This document shows positions 37,899 through 51,840 of a DNA stretch of 64,000 bases, piece after piece. Below the pieces are notes generated by a model. The model was not told the DNA's origin, did not search any database, and worked only from the letters and a program-made list of their open reading frames with translations. Positions within the stretch are counted from its first letter, which is position 1, and each line of letters begins with the position of its first letter. Location of the stretch: positions 11,408,001 through 11,472,000 of the forward strand of contig CM120649.1 in the NCBI GenBank assembly GCA_051362555.1. The letters are read 5' to 3'. Made by a program: the position numbers and the translations under genes. The DNA is from Lingula anatina. Its lineage: Eukaryota; Animalia; Brachiopoda.

Positions 37899-40800
37899 TT
37901 TCTTTAGACGTCTGTGCTCTAGAGTGAGATTGAATTCCCCTTCTGTGGAACAAGTGGTCTGTGATTGGCAAAACGCGCTGGATTATATGTGACTTGTCCC
38001 TTATATACCTGTCCAACTAAACGCTGATGTCAATGAAGGGTTCGGATTTACAGCCGGAAGCTCCCTTCATTCTTTAATCTTTGAGAAAAAGGATGGTTAC
38101 AAATGCATTCGCCTAGGGTGCTGTATTTGGAACCTTTGCCATCTTGTTGAGATACATCTCAACGAAGGTTGTTTTATGATCCTTCCGAGCGGTAACAAGT
38201 TGGTGCATTGTACTCCTATCAATCACAAACGCACCTTTAAAATATAACAATTTTAAATAATGCAATGCCATTGGTAAAAAAAACTCTCCAAACGTTTGGA
38301 GCGAGATAATAGATTGTTTAAAAGTGTTAGTGCATGGGGTGATTTAAAGAAAATATTAATTACCCGGGAAGGCCAAAATGTGCAGTATATGAAAGTAGGA
38401 GTAGTTTTCAAAACTCATTATTAATTGAATCATACAATCGTTATATCTTATTGTTTATAAAATATTCCAATTAACTTTGTTGTAAACGACCAAAAAGCTT
38501 TCTGGTGGATAATTAATTATGTTTCACTGTTTTCATAGTCGGGATGGCAGAGGGGGGGGGGCGTTCTTAACTGTAAAGCTACTTAAACAGACTACCTGCA
38601 GAATTCAAAGCACGTATACACTTTCACCTTCACAGATGGGATGGGTGTACAATATAGTAAAGATTTGACCAGCGTCTTAGTACAGGAAGCGCCGTTTTGT
38701 TGCCAATGAATCATGCAGCCCTTCTCAATGTATTCATGCCTAAGGTGAGAGTTTAAATGGCAATATTCCATTAAAGCACCATTATATCATATCTGTGGAC
38801 AATACCTCATCATGCTGCCCACACCTAAATGCTGTAATACACTGCAATACATAAAAGAAGACGTTATTATAGCCATTAAATCAAAAAGCCATTTTAATAA
38901 TGATCAAAGCTTAGGGCTGTAAGTTCATCCGGTTATGGGATCTTAGTAGAACGTTTCTCTTGATGAAAAGCAGTGAGGACTTTGCCGGTTGGCGTTCTTC
39001 TTTAAACTTTTTTGCATCAAGCTTCTGGAAGGGTTTTGAAAATCTGCTGTATTTCAGAGCCAAAACGGTGAGCACCGGTTTTTGTTAAGGAAACATATGT
39101 GTTTAAGTAATCGCCGTGTTCGGGCAGTACGCTATATGATGATTGTCCTGTGTAAATTATGACTGCTGATCAAAGCTGTAAATTGGTGTGGAATCTCAAT
39201 AAATATGTCACGTTATTCTTGATACAGATTTGAGGATTTTGACATCGAACTCGTCGCATCGAGCGAGTGAAAGTGTCACAAGAGCTGGCTCCTTATCAAA
39301 TCAAAATGGTAGGTTATAGTTTTGTCTCAGGTGTGGTTTTTAAAGATATGCATTCAGTGCATAAAACCACGGTGTATTTTTTATCATGGCTTTCTGAAAA
39401 AAAAAATTATTTTTTGTGAATAATGAATCGATGACGAATTGATAATACAATAAAATAGAAATATCATAGGCAGTCAAATGGTTAATTTTTATTCGTTGAA
39501 TGACAAACCCTGGCTTATAAAAATAAGGCTGCATCGACCTGGTCGAAGTGTGATGCAGATGTCTTAAGTGATATTTTTGTAGCAACTCTGGCTCTTTATA
39601 TGACACCCAATTCTTAAGAATGCACCTGATGGATTGAAGAAGAACGTCAGGAGTACGGTGAACGTATACGCATTTTTACGAGTACAAGTTACATGTATTA
39701 AAAATAAAAAACATACATTTGAAGTAATGACTGAAGCAAAAAAATAATAATTTGGAAGGCGTAAATTTATCCGAGGCTTGAGTCTTATTCGGATGTGCTT
39801 GCATTATCCAGAGTGTACGACCCATTGAGAGGAGCTAGGACCCAAGAGATTATAGAACTATTTCTATTTGTTTCATATATACTGATTGTGCACCAAGGTA
39901 TGAAGGACAGCTAACTGCATTCCATTACAACTTGGACTGATAAAACATTTTTGATTGTCCTAGATTGCAGTTCAATTTTCCTGCATTGCGATTTGTTTTA
40001 TGGTTTTTATACGACCATCCTATCACAGGAAACGCAATCTTATAGCTATACGAGCAGTAGTGGGAACTTTATTGTCTGCGGCGTGAGATTTGTATTGATA
40101 CCAGTATTCCAGTATAGTATATTTTTAACTTACTGGTAGTCATGATAGAATAACATACCGTTAAAAGAAACATCTGAATTTAAAAAGGTACTTATACTTA
40201 TCCAATATATATTATGTAGGACTAGATACAAAATGTTTTGAGCCTCATAAATGCCCCCAGTCAGATACATGTAGTACCATGTAACATTTATAATGAACGA
40301 CAACTGACGTACAAATATCTGGGATAACTGAGTGCAACTATTTATTTAAAGCGCTTTTTACACGTGGAAGAGGCATACCCCCAAGCACCCACCCCAACAA
40401 AATCCGCCATCAGATTCTGCTACGACACCTGATACAAGGACAACGTGCACGTGCCATTCCACACCAGCCGAGTTGCGGATGAGGCCGTGGGTGAGAGTGG
40501 TTATGAAACTCGAGATCCCATCACCTATTAATAATTATGTTCTTCAGAACCAATGACTTCTACCTCTTTCCCAGGTAAGAGAAAAACAATTTCATGACAA
40601 GAGATATGAGGATGATGATGATGATAATAATGATGAGATGACCGCTGCCGTGGAGGGCTGGTACCCTCTACCAGGGTGGCAGATATTGTAGGTACATTTT
40701 TCTTATGTCCACCCTGTAACCTTTGGCCAGACGGAAGCATTTAAATCTGCACGCGTGCAGGTGGCATTGCACACGCTCTCTAGGGATTCCTCAGTTAATT

Positions 40801-42138
40801 TTAATCTGAAATAACAAGTTGTTGAAAAGGGGCTATTTTTTCTGTCACAAAAGAGCAAGTGATTAAATTCAGAGCAATTAACTGTCTTGATTGCTGTTAA
40901 GGGGACTTGGGTTGGGCCTGTTAAATGGTAGTCCATGGGCAGTTATGCAAACAATTACCAGCCATGTAATCATCCTTGAGATTTCATTACAGGGTCCCGA
41001 GAACAGAATAACCGTCAATTTATCTAAAGACATACATGTATCTGTGAATATCTAATGAAAAATCAATCTGTGGTTGAAATCTACCACCAGGGTATCAGCG
41101 ACTGGCAAACTAGTTAAAACAAGCGACTGAAGTTGGAATGAGACTAATATCAAAGTGGCATAATAATAATAAATACGAGCTCTTTCTGTGTGTTACTCAA
41201 ACTGTTTATAAACCCCTTCGTATATACTCTGCAGTCTACATTATTATACAAATTTTCTTACCAAGTGAATTAAATGATTTTTTGTGCCATAAAGTAGAAA
41301 CAATGCGTTAGATTTTCTTAATTCGTTATTCGTGACATCTTATATATGCTTATTTTGATTAGTAAAACCCAGTATATTTTAGTTGTAGAGTTTTTTTTTT
41401 TTAATAAACTGTTTACGACAGTTATACTATTCACGCGGAACTGCTGTTGGTACCCCTGTTATAATAATCTGATTTGTTTTATTCCTTCTTTTTCTTATTT
41501 TTCTGCTTTCTTATTATTTATTTATTTATTTATTTATTCATTTATTTATTGGGGGGGAGATTCTTATGTTTGCAGTTGTTGGACAAGAAATCTTAAATCT
41601 CTTAATTGCATCTCGAAATAATCTTAAGATGCGTTTCTCATTTAAGTATTGAGACCTTGGCGGTTTCTTACATTAAGCATTTTTTAAATCAGGCTTGAGT
41701 GTAAATTTCGGGAAATTTTTGTGTCTTGAGAACTAAAACTCTCTATTTTCACTGTGTTGAGTTGACAAAAGCCGAACACGTAAATTTAAAATTATTTGAA
41801 TGCTTTATTGCTATTTACTTTAGATTCTACAGTTGAGGCATGCATAAAATTGTCATATCTTTTGTACTAAGCTTTAAAAGCATAAAGTTCATAAACTTAT
41901 CATCTATTGTTCAATTGCTTGTGGCAGTTTTTATAACTTAAATATTCTTTCTAAATTAACATAATATCTTTTCCAGTGCAAAGCCATTTCACAAAGCTCA
42001 AAGCGATGTCTCCGTTTATGCGAAGGGTGTGGCACCTGATTGGTTAAAAATCAACCAATGAGGTGATAGCACGCATCGTGGGTATGCTCAGTCGTTGTCT
42101 TCCCGTGCAGTGTCCCTTATTAGGTGCTGAAGGTCGAC

Positions 42139-43092
42139 TTAGTGTCTATTGCTGCCGTCTGGAATGAAAAGATATACTGGGATTCAATGATTTTTTAGAA
42201 TCTGTTGGAAGAAATATTAGGTACGACCAATCTCACCTCCATGTACCAATCGAACGTTGCCGAAATACTTTTTTCTTTCACATTTTTCTTTATCTTTTTC
42301 GAGCTCAAGTTAATCTTAATGTAAATCCTAATTTTTATGTAAATATTTTATTTAATAATTTTGTAATCCATTTCTCTGTACAACTTTAAACTTTATGTTA
42401 TAAATAAACTTATTTTTATATTATACCGTATTGTAGTCAAATGTTTTTCCTAAGGTGTTTGGAAAAGGTTTAATTAATTTTGAATCTGTGACTGCACATA
42501 CCTGACACGCAGACATTAACATTGTTGTAGTCAGTCAAGTATCTATTGTACACCTGGCCGTAAGGACAAGGTCTGGAGAAGGCGTTACCAGCTTCGTCAC
42601 ACTGGATGTAGCAGCGTGGGTCGCTGTGCTCGTAGTAGAAACGGTTGGGAGCGTAGACCTGAGTGTGCTTGCCGTAGCCGTCCACGCGGTACACCTTGTT
42701 CAGGGGTGGACACTGGACTAGATACGTGAAAGAAAAGAGAAGGATATTTTTTAAAAATAACAGTTTTAAGACAGTATTCAGTGGTATATATTTTTTCCAT
42801 TGGGAATGCCATTCATACGTCGCGGTGGACGGATTATTCAGGAGAGGTTTTATAGTAGCGCATGTGCTGCCGTTGATTTTCCATGTCGACCAATGTCAGC
42901 TGTCCAATTCCCGCCTATTTAGAACCATTTCAACATATCTCAATATGCTTAGATCTTGCCGTATATCTTCACAAAGTGCATAATTTCACATTTTGATCTA
43001 TGTTACAATAACCAAAATTCACAGACCTTTTTATGTCGTGCGACCTTTCTTCAAAAATGAGGCCAAAAAGATATATTCTTTTATGTGCGTGT

Positions 43093-43123
<31 letters not shown>

Positions 43124-44575
43124 GGACCCTTAGTGTTTAGCGTCAACTCAATTGATAAAAGTCATTTATACAATTTTTTAAGATATTTTTTCTGGGTGCT
43201 CTTCTCCAGTAAAATTTGAAAACGCACAGCCGACTGCATTATTAAAGTGCTTTATTCTTAGGACACAGTCATAAAAAAGTATATAACTTTGCAATAAAAA
43301 ACAAAACTGCTCTATATCCGGTGATTTGCATTAATCTTACGAGCTTGTTATGCAAAATATCATGTTTTATGACCATTAAATTCTGAATGCAATACACAAG
43401 CATTGGAAACTGGTTTTAATATACACAGCATAGAGGTACAAGAACAATTTGTACAAACAACAGTTGAACTAACCAGCCCAATATTTCACTGTCTAACAAA
43501 ACACACATTCCACAAATGAAATAATACTGCTATGTGTCTTAGTAGCCTACGCCTAAGAAACGCAGTCACCCCTACCCCCCTTTCTTTCCTCCTTCGGCAG
43601 AAAAGGGTGTCAGGAAGAAAGGCCATACCGTTTCTGTTCACGGTTGCTCTTTTGGTTTCATATTTTGCTCCAGGACTTCCCGGTATTGTTCTCAACAAGG
43701 ATCACTATAAAATGTTTTTATTTTGCCAAGGAAAGCACTGAGGCTATTGCGTGCATTCAGAAAATATCATTCAGGGCACACTTGATCAGTAATTGTGAAT
43801 ATCTGCCTGTAATATTTCGGGCAATCTTTAGGGAACATGCTGTTTCTAAATTCCTGATTAAAACTCTGTGCAATTTAACATGCACCTTGTCACAACTGTC
43901 TAAGAACGTTTCACGAACACAACTCGTAATTGCAATGCGGTGTCCTTGACTAAGTTCACTGTTACATGCACCACTGCAAGTAAAGCGAGAGGCCTTAACT
44001 TAAAAATTATTTTGTTACTCGACTGAGTTAGTTAAAATGCGTAGCTCTTTTGCTTAGATCGATACTGATAAAGTAGTTTTAGAAGGTCCCATGGGTATTT
44101 TCCTTTCCCGTGAAAGCCACTTTGTAATATCTCGAGATGCGTGAAATGTTCAAATTATTTAGCGCGGCCCATGTCTCATGAATGCGGCTTTATAATCCTA
44201 GTCCTTCGAGAAGCGAAATCATTATACTCAGGGCTTCGTGATTTTCGTCTCGGCTGTCTCGCATTTTCAATAAAATATGAAAAAAGTTTTATTTACTGTG
44301 ATTTGTGAACTGACGGTTTGATCAATACCCCTGGAACCTAGCTAGATGTGACGCAGGAACCTAGCTAGATGTGTTGCTGAGTACATGTATCCTATTTTCC
44401 TCATTTATTGTATTTCATCTGCCGTTTTGATTCTTAGTGAATGAATTGGAACTACGATTTTCAAAAAAACATATAGGCCCTACAAATGATGCAATTTGAA
44501 TTATTCAGGCTCGTTACAAGCCATTTCAGGGACAGAGTACAACGGGTACGTGTCCTTTCTTGACTTTAGGTCCTT

Positions 44576-44621
<46 letters not shown>

Positions 44622-45162
44622 AAATTGAAGTCGGCTTTCCTGACTAAAAGGTTGGTTACCAACGTTAGGCACAGTGTTACAGCACTCTCATAGGAATCCT
44701 AGTCAACTAAGTCTGGAAACTGACGTAACGTTTTTTTTTTAATGGTGAAATCGCGCCAGAGATACCCCTTTCTGTCGATTCTAGGACAACCTCTTCCCCC
44801 CCCCCCCCCCCCCCCCCCCAAAGACACCCCGTTCCAAGGAAAGAAAATACGCTGCTTTTTAATTATCTTCTTTAGGTATTTATACATTTCTTGAGTATTT
44901 TACTGAATATAAGAAATGAGACAGAAAATAGAGTAAAACAAAATTATTCCCTATTCATTATAAGATTCAGGAAGCTCACGCGCAAAAACAGATGGAGGGA
45001 GATAAGAAGATATGGATGCAAATTTTGCGAATTTACCATAACATGTCATTTTTTAAATCAAACACATACTATCATTTTACCTTTTTTTTTTTCTAAAAGC
45101 AAACAAATCTCAATTTATGTACATTTCATTTAAAGTTAGTGAGTTATCTAAGAGGTTAAGTA

Positions 45163-45203
<41 letters not shown>

Positions 45204-46152
45204 AATTCGAAAAAGGAAATAACTCCGGAAGGTATTTTGTTTATACCATGAGGTCACGCTGAAATAATTAAAACTGGCAGTTAGTTCATTCAAAGATTAC
45301 CTAGATGAGTGATGTTATCTGTTTACCCCACCTCTACCTGGGGATGCACCTTGATTCGAGGCAGGCATTTATAATTTTTCATCAGTATCGCATTGTTCAT
45401 TCTCATTATATTCATTACAAGGGGAATTGTCTGGGGAGTGGAGGATCGTCCGGGGGGGGGGGGGGGGGGGGGGAGGTCCTGATACCCTTTCTGTCACTTC
45501 AACCTCCCCACCGAAAGAAAAAAACGCCAGAGTTATGGATAAGTAACGCCGACGGAATTAATGAAAACTACCTTGAATGTTCAAGAGTATGTAAAGAAAT
45601 ATACTTTTTGTGCGTGTGGGTGCTCTCAGAGAGAGAGTTATGCTGTACAAGTTTTGCTGCCGTTATTATTGCCCATCGTTTTCTCTATCACACTCAATCC
45701 TACTGATAAAATCCCATGCAATTCTATTTCCATTAAATTGGGCTCCATAAGTAGTGACGTCGTCTTAAGCCAAAAAGGCGTTTTACATTGTTATAAATTA
45801 TAAAAAAGCACTTTTTTGGTATTTATGCGACTGCCTCTATGATAATAACGACATGCCTTCCATATAACCATGTCCCTTGGTGCACGTGTGCTTGGCCGTC
45901 TTTCCATTAAAACCCCAATGCCCTTTGAAGTCTAAATTTTAAAGCTGGTTTCTTTACAATATCAAATATATACTCACAGTACTGATGGCTGCAGTAATGG
46001 GTCGGCTGATGGTAGGATGGTTGCTGGTAGGAAGGTGGATGGTAGGATGGCTGTTGGTAGCTCCTCTGTCCATACTGACCGTACTGACCTCCTGACCAAC
46101 CAGCTTGGGCGCCAACCGCGACCATGGCGACGATAACCAGCAGGATCTTCAT
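42139..46152 (-). CDS. Secreted Tyr/Gln/Gly/His-rich chitin-binding-like protein, paralog C, 136 aa
   Basis: Exons 46152-45978 (MKILLVIVAMVAVGAQA-GWSGGQYGQYGQRSYQQPSYHPPSYQQPSYHQPTHYCSHQY), 42717-42502, 42158-42139 (DGSNRH*). TATATAAGGG upstream, AATAAA at 41809-41804. Confidence 0.9.
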
Positions 46153-46635
46153 TTTCCTTCGACTAGAGCACTGAACGGCGAGATAGAGCTTCTCTTTTGG
46201 AAACAACGGACGTCCGTGAATGACCAAGCACGATGGACAAATGGAGAACGCGCCCTTATATATATATATCTGGCCATAGGGACTTAGAATGGATCAGAGA
46301 GACGAGATTTACACCCAGAGGCTCTTCTCATTGCGTATGCTATACAGGTTCACCAGAAAGTCTGTCTACAACGACATTTAATGCTTTTTGATATCAATAA
46401 GAAATGTAGTAAATCTTGAGAAGTTTTTGATGGTGTCTTTTCCCTTGGGGTACCGTTTGGATATCCTGCCATCTTAAAGCGTCGAATGCCAACGAAAACG
46501 GTTTAACGATCTTTTTAACCAGGTGCATCGGTGTTAGCTGATGTGTGGTTTGGCAGTCTTCCCTGGCAAACACTTATTTACGGCTATCAACCGCCCCCCC
46601 CCCCCCCCCCCGCCCTCAAAAAACGTATATAAAAA

Positions 46636-46671
<36 letters not shown>

Positions 46672-47500
46672 GAGAGAGAGATTTTAACACTTTTCCTATG
46701 TGTGTGTGTGGGGGGGGGGGGATACATGTGTAAATGTTGTAGTGAAAAAGTTTTTGCGAGTACATGCACATTGTATTCGTACTGCTGTTTCTGCAGGTGC
46801 GTGTATTGGGTGGTCAGGTCGGATATAATGAATAGCTTTTCCAAGTTAAGTACAGGTACATCAAGAAACGGGATACCCACCGATAGCCTCGCTCCTCATT
46901 TTATCTGTTGAAAATTTTGAAAATGAGAAAATGCAACTGTCGAATAATTTTATACAGTGTCAGAAACGAATCATTATTGCTTCTTCATTTCTCAACGGCA
47001 GCAAAACAAAGTTCGAATAATAAAAGATACTTTAAAGATAATTAAAGAAAAACTTATGAGATAAAAAAAACCACGAGCGATTAAGTGCTTTACGAGATGA
47101 CAAATCAAATGTCGAATACTCCAGCACAGGAAATGTTTTACAACCGTTAAAGATTCTCCAGTGTACTTTTAACAACATTTTAAGATTAATGTATTCTAGC
47201 TGAAGGTGTGTAAAATGGTGCCAGAACGTAATTAAATGCTCATTTCGACAAAAACTTCGGACACGTGCCTCTCTTTACAATCACACCAGTCTCAATAACG
47301 ACACCATTTAAGAAGCGTCTAAGGGAAGAATTGAACATTTAGTTGCAACGACTTTTAAGTTTTCTTTTAAAATACTACCAGACCAGTAATATCCTGCTAT
47401 CCATTTTTTTTTCACAACAAACTGAATTTTCCTCAATAATAATAATAATAATAATGATTCTTTTTCTTCTTCTTCTTCTTCTTTTTCTTCTTCTTATTAA

Positions 47501-47630
47501 AATTACATCCGCCAAGGAGGTTATGTTTTCATCCCCGTTTGTTTGTTTGTTTGTCTGTTTGTCATCAACGTTAACATAACTCAAAAAGTTATGGATGAAT
47601 TTCGATGGAATTTTCAGGGTAGGTCAGAAA
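47501..47630 (+). mobile_element. Dispersed repeat with a GTTT/GTCT microsatellite core (DINE/HINE-like; family uncertain)
   Basis: attacatccgccaaggaggttatgttttcatc..gtttgtttgtttgtctgt..ataactcaaaaagttatggatgaattt. Related minus-strand relics lie near 31180-31280, 53150-53310 and 63275-63312. Confidence 0.55.
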
Positions 47631-48333
47631 TGTCTTCTGGAATATTTCAGAATCCAGGGTAGACCTACTTTTATTTTAAGGTTTTGAATGTCTGAATCAG
47701 GGAAGATAAGTAGCTTCACCAGAAAGTACTATACAAATATGATTTAAAGGTATTTCAAAGAGAAATAGTAAGAACTCCGCACTGGTAGACTGAAGGGGGG
47801 GGGGGGGGGGGCACGTGACCTCCCTCTTAGCTTCAGAGGCATCTCCAACACCCACTTCTCCACAAAAAAATAATAAGAAAGTTTAAGTAGGCCTACCGTA
47901 TTACAAACAAAAGTAGACAATCGCAAGCAAATTTTTCATCTCTGTGCCCCACTGGAGTTACTAACTATTAATTAAGTAAATTGTCGTCGTGCACTATTAT
48001 ATTTTTTTCTGTCCCTGACCCTCCCTCCCCCGCCTCTCAAGTCTAAACCAGTGAAATTCTGCGCTTCACATAACCATGCAGTTCCGCCAAAACGTTACTG
48101 AAAAAAGCGAAAAAGCGCCGGATTCAACTAGCCCCTTCTATCCACACGTTATTAATAAATGTTCCGATACAATCATCATAAGCGTCAGTATCTGGACGCT
48201 GCACGTACTTCGTACCTCTGGCGCCTTACATGTGTTTGTCATTGTTTCTAAGATGTAAATTCAACGGGAAGTGGCTCGTCTTGGTGATATGGCTACTTTA
48301 TGTAGCATCGATTTACTGGAGTTTTCCTTTACA

Positions 48334-51064
48334 ATGGCAGGGTCTGTGTATTTTGAAAGTCCAAGTATTGTGTGGTGGATTCTGGTGCCTTTTGGCATGT
48401 TTCTTACTTCGGTGAGGTTTAGTGTTTTTAAATATATAGCCAAACGATAGGTTTAGATGCTGTCAAACCTAAATATTATTTTCCGGTTCTGTAGAGAAGG
48501 TGAGGCAGATGGAAATGGGGGGCGGGGGGTCTCCATTTCACTGCTACCAGTAAACATCCGTGAACTAGTAAAACAATAGTCGCAAAAATAGAACATAACA
48601 AAATTGTCACCGAAGGTCGATCGTTATCCCTTTTGAAAAAGAAGCCATCATTTTGTAATCAGTGTCTAAGTATATTTTAATTGCCTACACCTTCTTGTAT
48701 ACTAGCCAAGTCCCGCCACATCAAAGGTGCTCATATCTGAGTACAAAGTCCCCCTCAGGCCGCCATTTAGCAGGTCTGTCTTTGTTTTTCAGGCCTCCGG
48801 CGTACTGGCCTAGGTTGACCAGAGAATGTCTGAGTGAAAGAAACTTTCTTGTAGTTTTAGTGATTACATTGAATGGGATGAGATCATGAGTTGAATCAAT
48901 TACTAGCACTGGTATAATAGTAAAATACTGAATAACTGGGCACTGCATGAGAATGTCTGAATGAAAAAAGCCTTTTTGTAGTGTAAATGAGATGAGTTGA
49001 ATCAAGCATTGGTATACTGTACTAGTATTTAACTGGGTAGTGCATGGAGAAATACATTATACATGTAAGAGTAGATACTTGGCTCATGTAATTGGATAAC
49101 TAATTAAATGATTGGATGGATAAATCAATGCGTAAATAAACAAAGGGATTAATAATGTATGGATGAATGAATAATTAAATGAATATGCATATAGTGAAGA
49201 AAAAGCTCCAGCAAATCTCTCCATGCTATTTATTTTCTCATCATAATCCTACAGGTAGTAATGATAGATAAATTCAACAAGTGGACAGAGTAACATAAAA
49301 TAAGGAGAGGGTTTTATTATGTCGTTTTTATTACTGTTTGACATTTCCAGGTCACATACTTGTCACCAGAGTCTATATGTTACCTGGGACCTCTGGGGGA
49401 ATTTGCCAGGTGGCTGGGGACTAAACAACCTGGGATTGCAGCAGTTATGTAAGTGGTGGTATTATAACAGGGAATGAATGGATACTTTTGTTTTATTTCA
49501 GACATCCCCTCCCCCCCCCACACACACACACACACGTGTTGGCCCTTGACTCAAAGAACCAAAACAGATAAGTGGTACAAATTAGCAATGTATTCTTATG
49601 TGTAGCAGTATTTAAAACAATATACATGTATTAGCATAACGTTAAATTAAAAGTTGTTCAGTCTAGTTTGAGGTGAAATTTTGATTTAACTGACTGCACG
49701 TACGCACACACACACACTGTCACACATACACTGGGAAATAAGTTCATGTGGTGTTAGTGAATATAAAGTCACGATAATGAAAGACAGTCGTTCTAGAAAT
49801 ATATTTTTTCACTGAAAAATAGTTATAAACATTATTAAACTCTTCTGTTAGGATCTTCAAAAAGAAAATCTTATTTGTTCTTTTAGATTCTACGGGGCCT
49901 GGGGTTTTCATATAGGAGAAGCTCTCTATGCAGTTAAAGCATGCAGGTGAGTAAAGGTGTAACTTTGAAATTTTGCTGTAATTTTTTAAAGGTTTGGGTG
50001 GAATTGGGGGGTGGGCATTCAGGGAGCCAGTTTTTTTTTTCTTTCTTTTTTTTTGGGGGGGAGGGGGGGGAGGGGGCGATAGAAGAAAAAGGAGAAATAG
50101 CTAGCCAATCTTCACTTGGAAAATAATTAATAAGATGGTTAATGAGGACAATTTGTTTTAATATAAAAGATTCAGGGGTGAAAATGTGCTTGCTTTTTGC
50201 TCCTTTCACTTCTTGTACCTTTTTGGTGGGAAGGAGAAGGAGAGTAATGTGTACGCCAAAAGTTCAGGCGGGGGGTCACTTGGCCCACTACTATTCCTAA
50301 GCCTGCTACTGGTAGAGAAAATGTCAGCCGCTGTGAGAGACTTTGATGTTTGTCACGACTGCAGATTCTTTGCCTCAAGAAAAGAAATCAACTGACTTTA
50401 TGACTATTAAATGTCTTCTTTGCCCTAGGCTTGTCTCTTCATACTGAGATAACCTCATAGACCATAAAAGTCATTCATTGATATTCCTGTACACAAGATG
50501 CTGCACCTCTCACATCTTGAATGTATGTCTTAAAAGACCACTTCGTTTCTGTCAGACGCTTTTTTCTTTTATATTGAGTGAGTAAAGAGACCTGTTGATT
50601 AAGAATAAATATAAGCCCATTTTATCTTTCACTGGTTACAGACACCTATCATGGAGGTTATTTTCTGGGTCTTCCAGAAGACAGTCATTATCTTTAGTTT
50701 ACATTGATGGGCATCTAATTTTTTTTCTGTCAGAGACGATCAAAAATGGAGGCTGGATCAACATAGATAATTTGGATGACTGTCAGAAAATACTGTACAT
50801 GTATATCTGGATCCATCCCTGCTTATGTATGGAATGAACTCCATTGTAAATGTCCAATTTTAAAATGAGACTTAAATTCCATTTTTATTGGTTGAAATAA
50901 CAGCTTTGATGAATCAAAATGTTCAATTATATTTTATTTATTTAATTATTTTCAGTGACAGAGGAATTGAAGGGAAGACCAAATGGAAGTGGGTTATACA
51001 GACATTTATAATGGGCGTGTTTTCACTAAGTAAACTCATAAGGTACAACCCAAAGGACAGCTGA
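48334..51064 (+). CDS. TMEM254: Transmembrane protein 254, 114 aa, 4 exons (absent from the ORF track)
   Basis: Exons 48334-48411 (MAGSVYFESPSIVWWILVPFGMFLTS), 49351-49448 (VTYLSPESICYLGPLGEFARWL..), 49887-49946 (FYGAWGFHIGEALYAVKAC), 50956-51064 (DRGI..KWVIQTFIMGVFSLSKLIRY..*). The motifs LGPLG, HxGExxYA..C..KGI and WxxQTF..G..SL match TMEM254. An in-frame upstream ATG at 48289 could add 15 aa. Confidence 0.92.
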
Positions 51065-51840
51065 CCTTCTCTGTGATGGATATTTCATTTTTAAATAAAT
51101 AGCACAAATGCACAATGACTTTGTTGACCAAATGCTTTTTGTACCTCAGGGAAAATTTACTTGTATTTTGATGTGATAAATAAATGTCATGTACAAAACT
51201 GTTAATGGAAACGAGAAAGACATTAATTATGGTAAACTTTCTTAAATTTAATTAATTTTTTTTAAATTTTGATTTTTGATTTGATTTTTTTTTTATTTCA
51301 ACATTTTTTAACCAAGGATAAATGTGGCATTGGAGAGTACTTGGAATATGTGTAATTCACTGATTTTTACAAACAGGTGTAAATTAAAGTTAAGAAGGAA
51401 AAAAATTGAAGATTAGAAGAGTGCAGGAGATTTTAAATGTCTGTTGTTCAATACAGATACCCAATAGATTAAATTGTGCATGCATTCTATATCAATAACA
51501 TTATTAGTGTGTGCATGAATATTTTATTTCTTATTTATTAACAAATAATAATAAGTAAATAAATAAATGAATAAAGAAGAAAATCCTTAATTGCCTTGAA
51601 TAGTCAGAATGACCATTGTTAATTAATATATTTTGATTAATAAATTGACAATCATATGCAGACTGTTTTAATACTTTTTATCAATGTTCCACAAAGCAGT
51701 AACCTTCCCTTTCAAATTTAACCTCTGTTGTCTATCACGTTCAATAAAGAAATTCATATGCATTGTTTTATTTAATATTAAATAATATTACATAATATTA
51801 TGTATATATTCATTTTAAAACAGCCATTTCATAACTATAA

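Noticed and set aside
43200-45800. Several ORFs inside intron 1 of paralog C, and a 23-bp tandem duplication at about 44333-44378
   Set aside because: No motifs; driven by poly-G/C and microsatellites, or trivial slippage.
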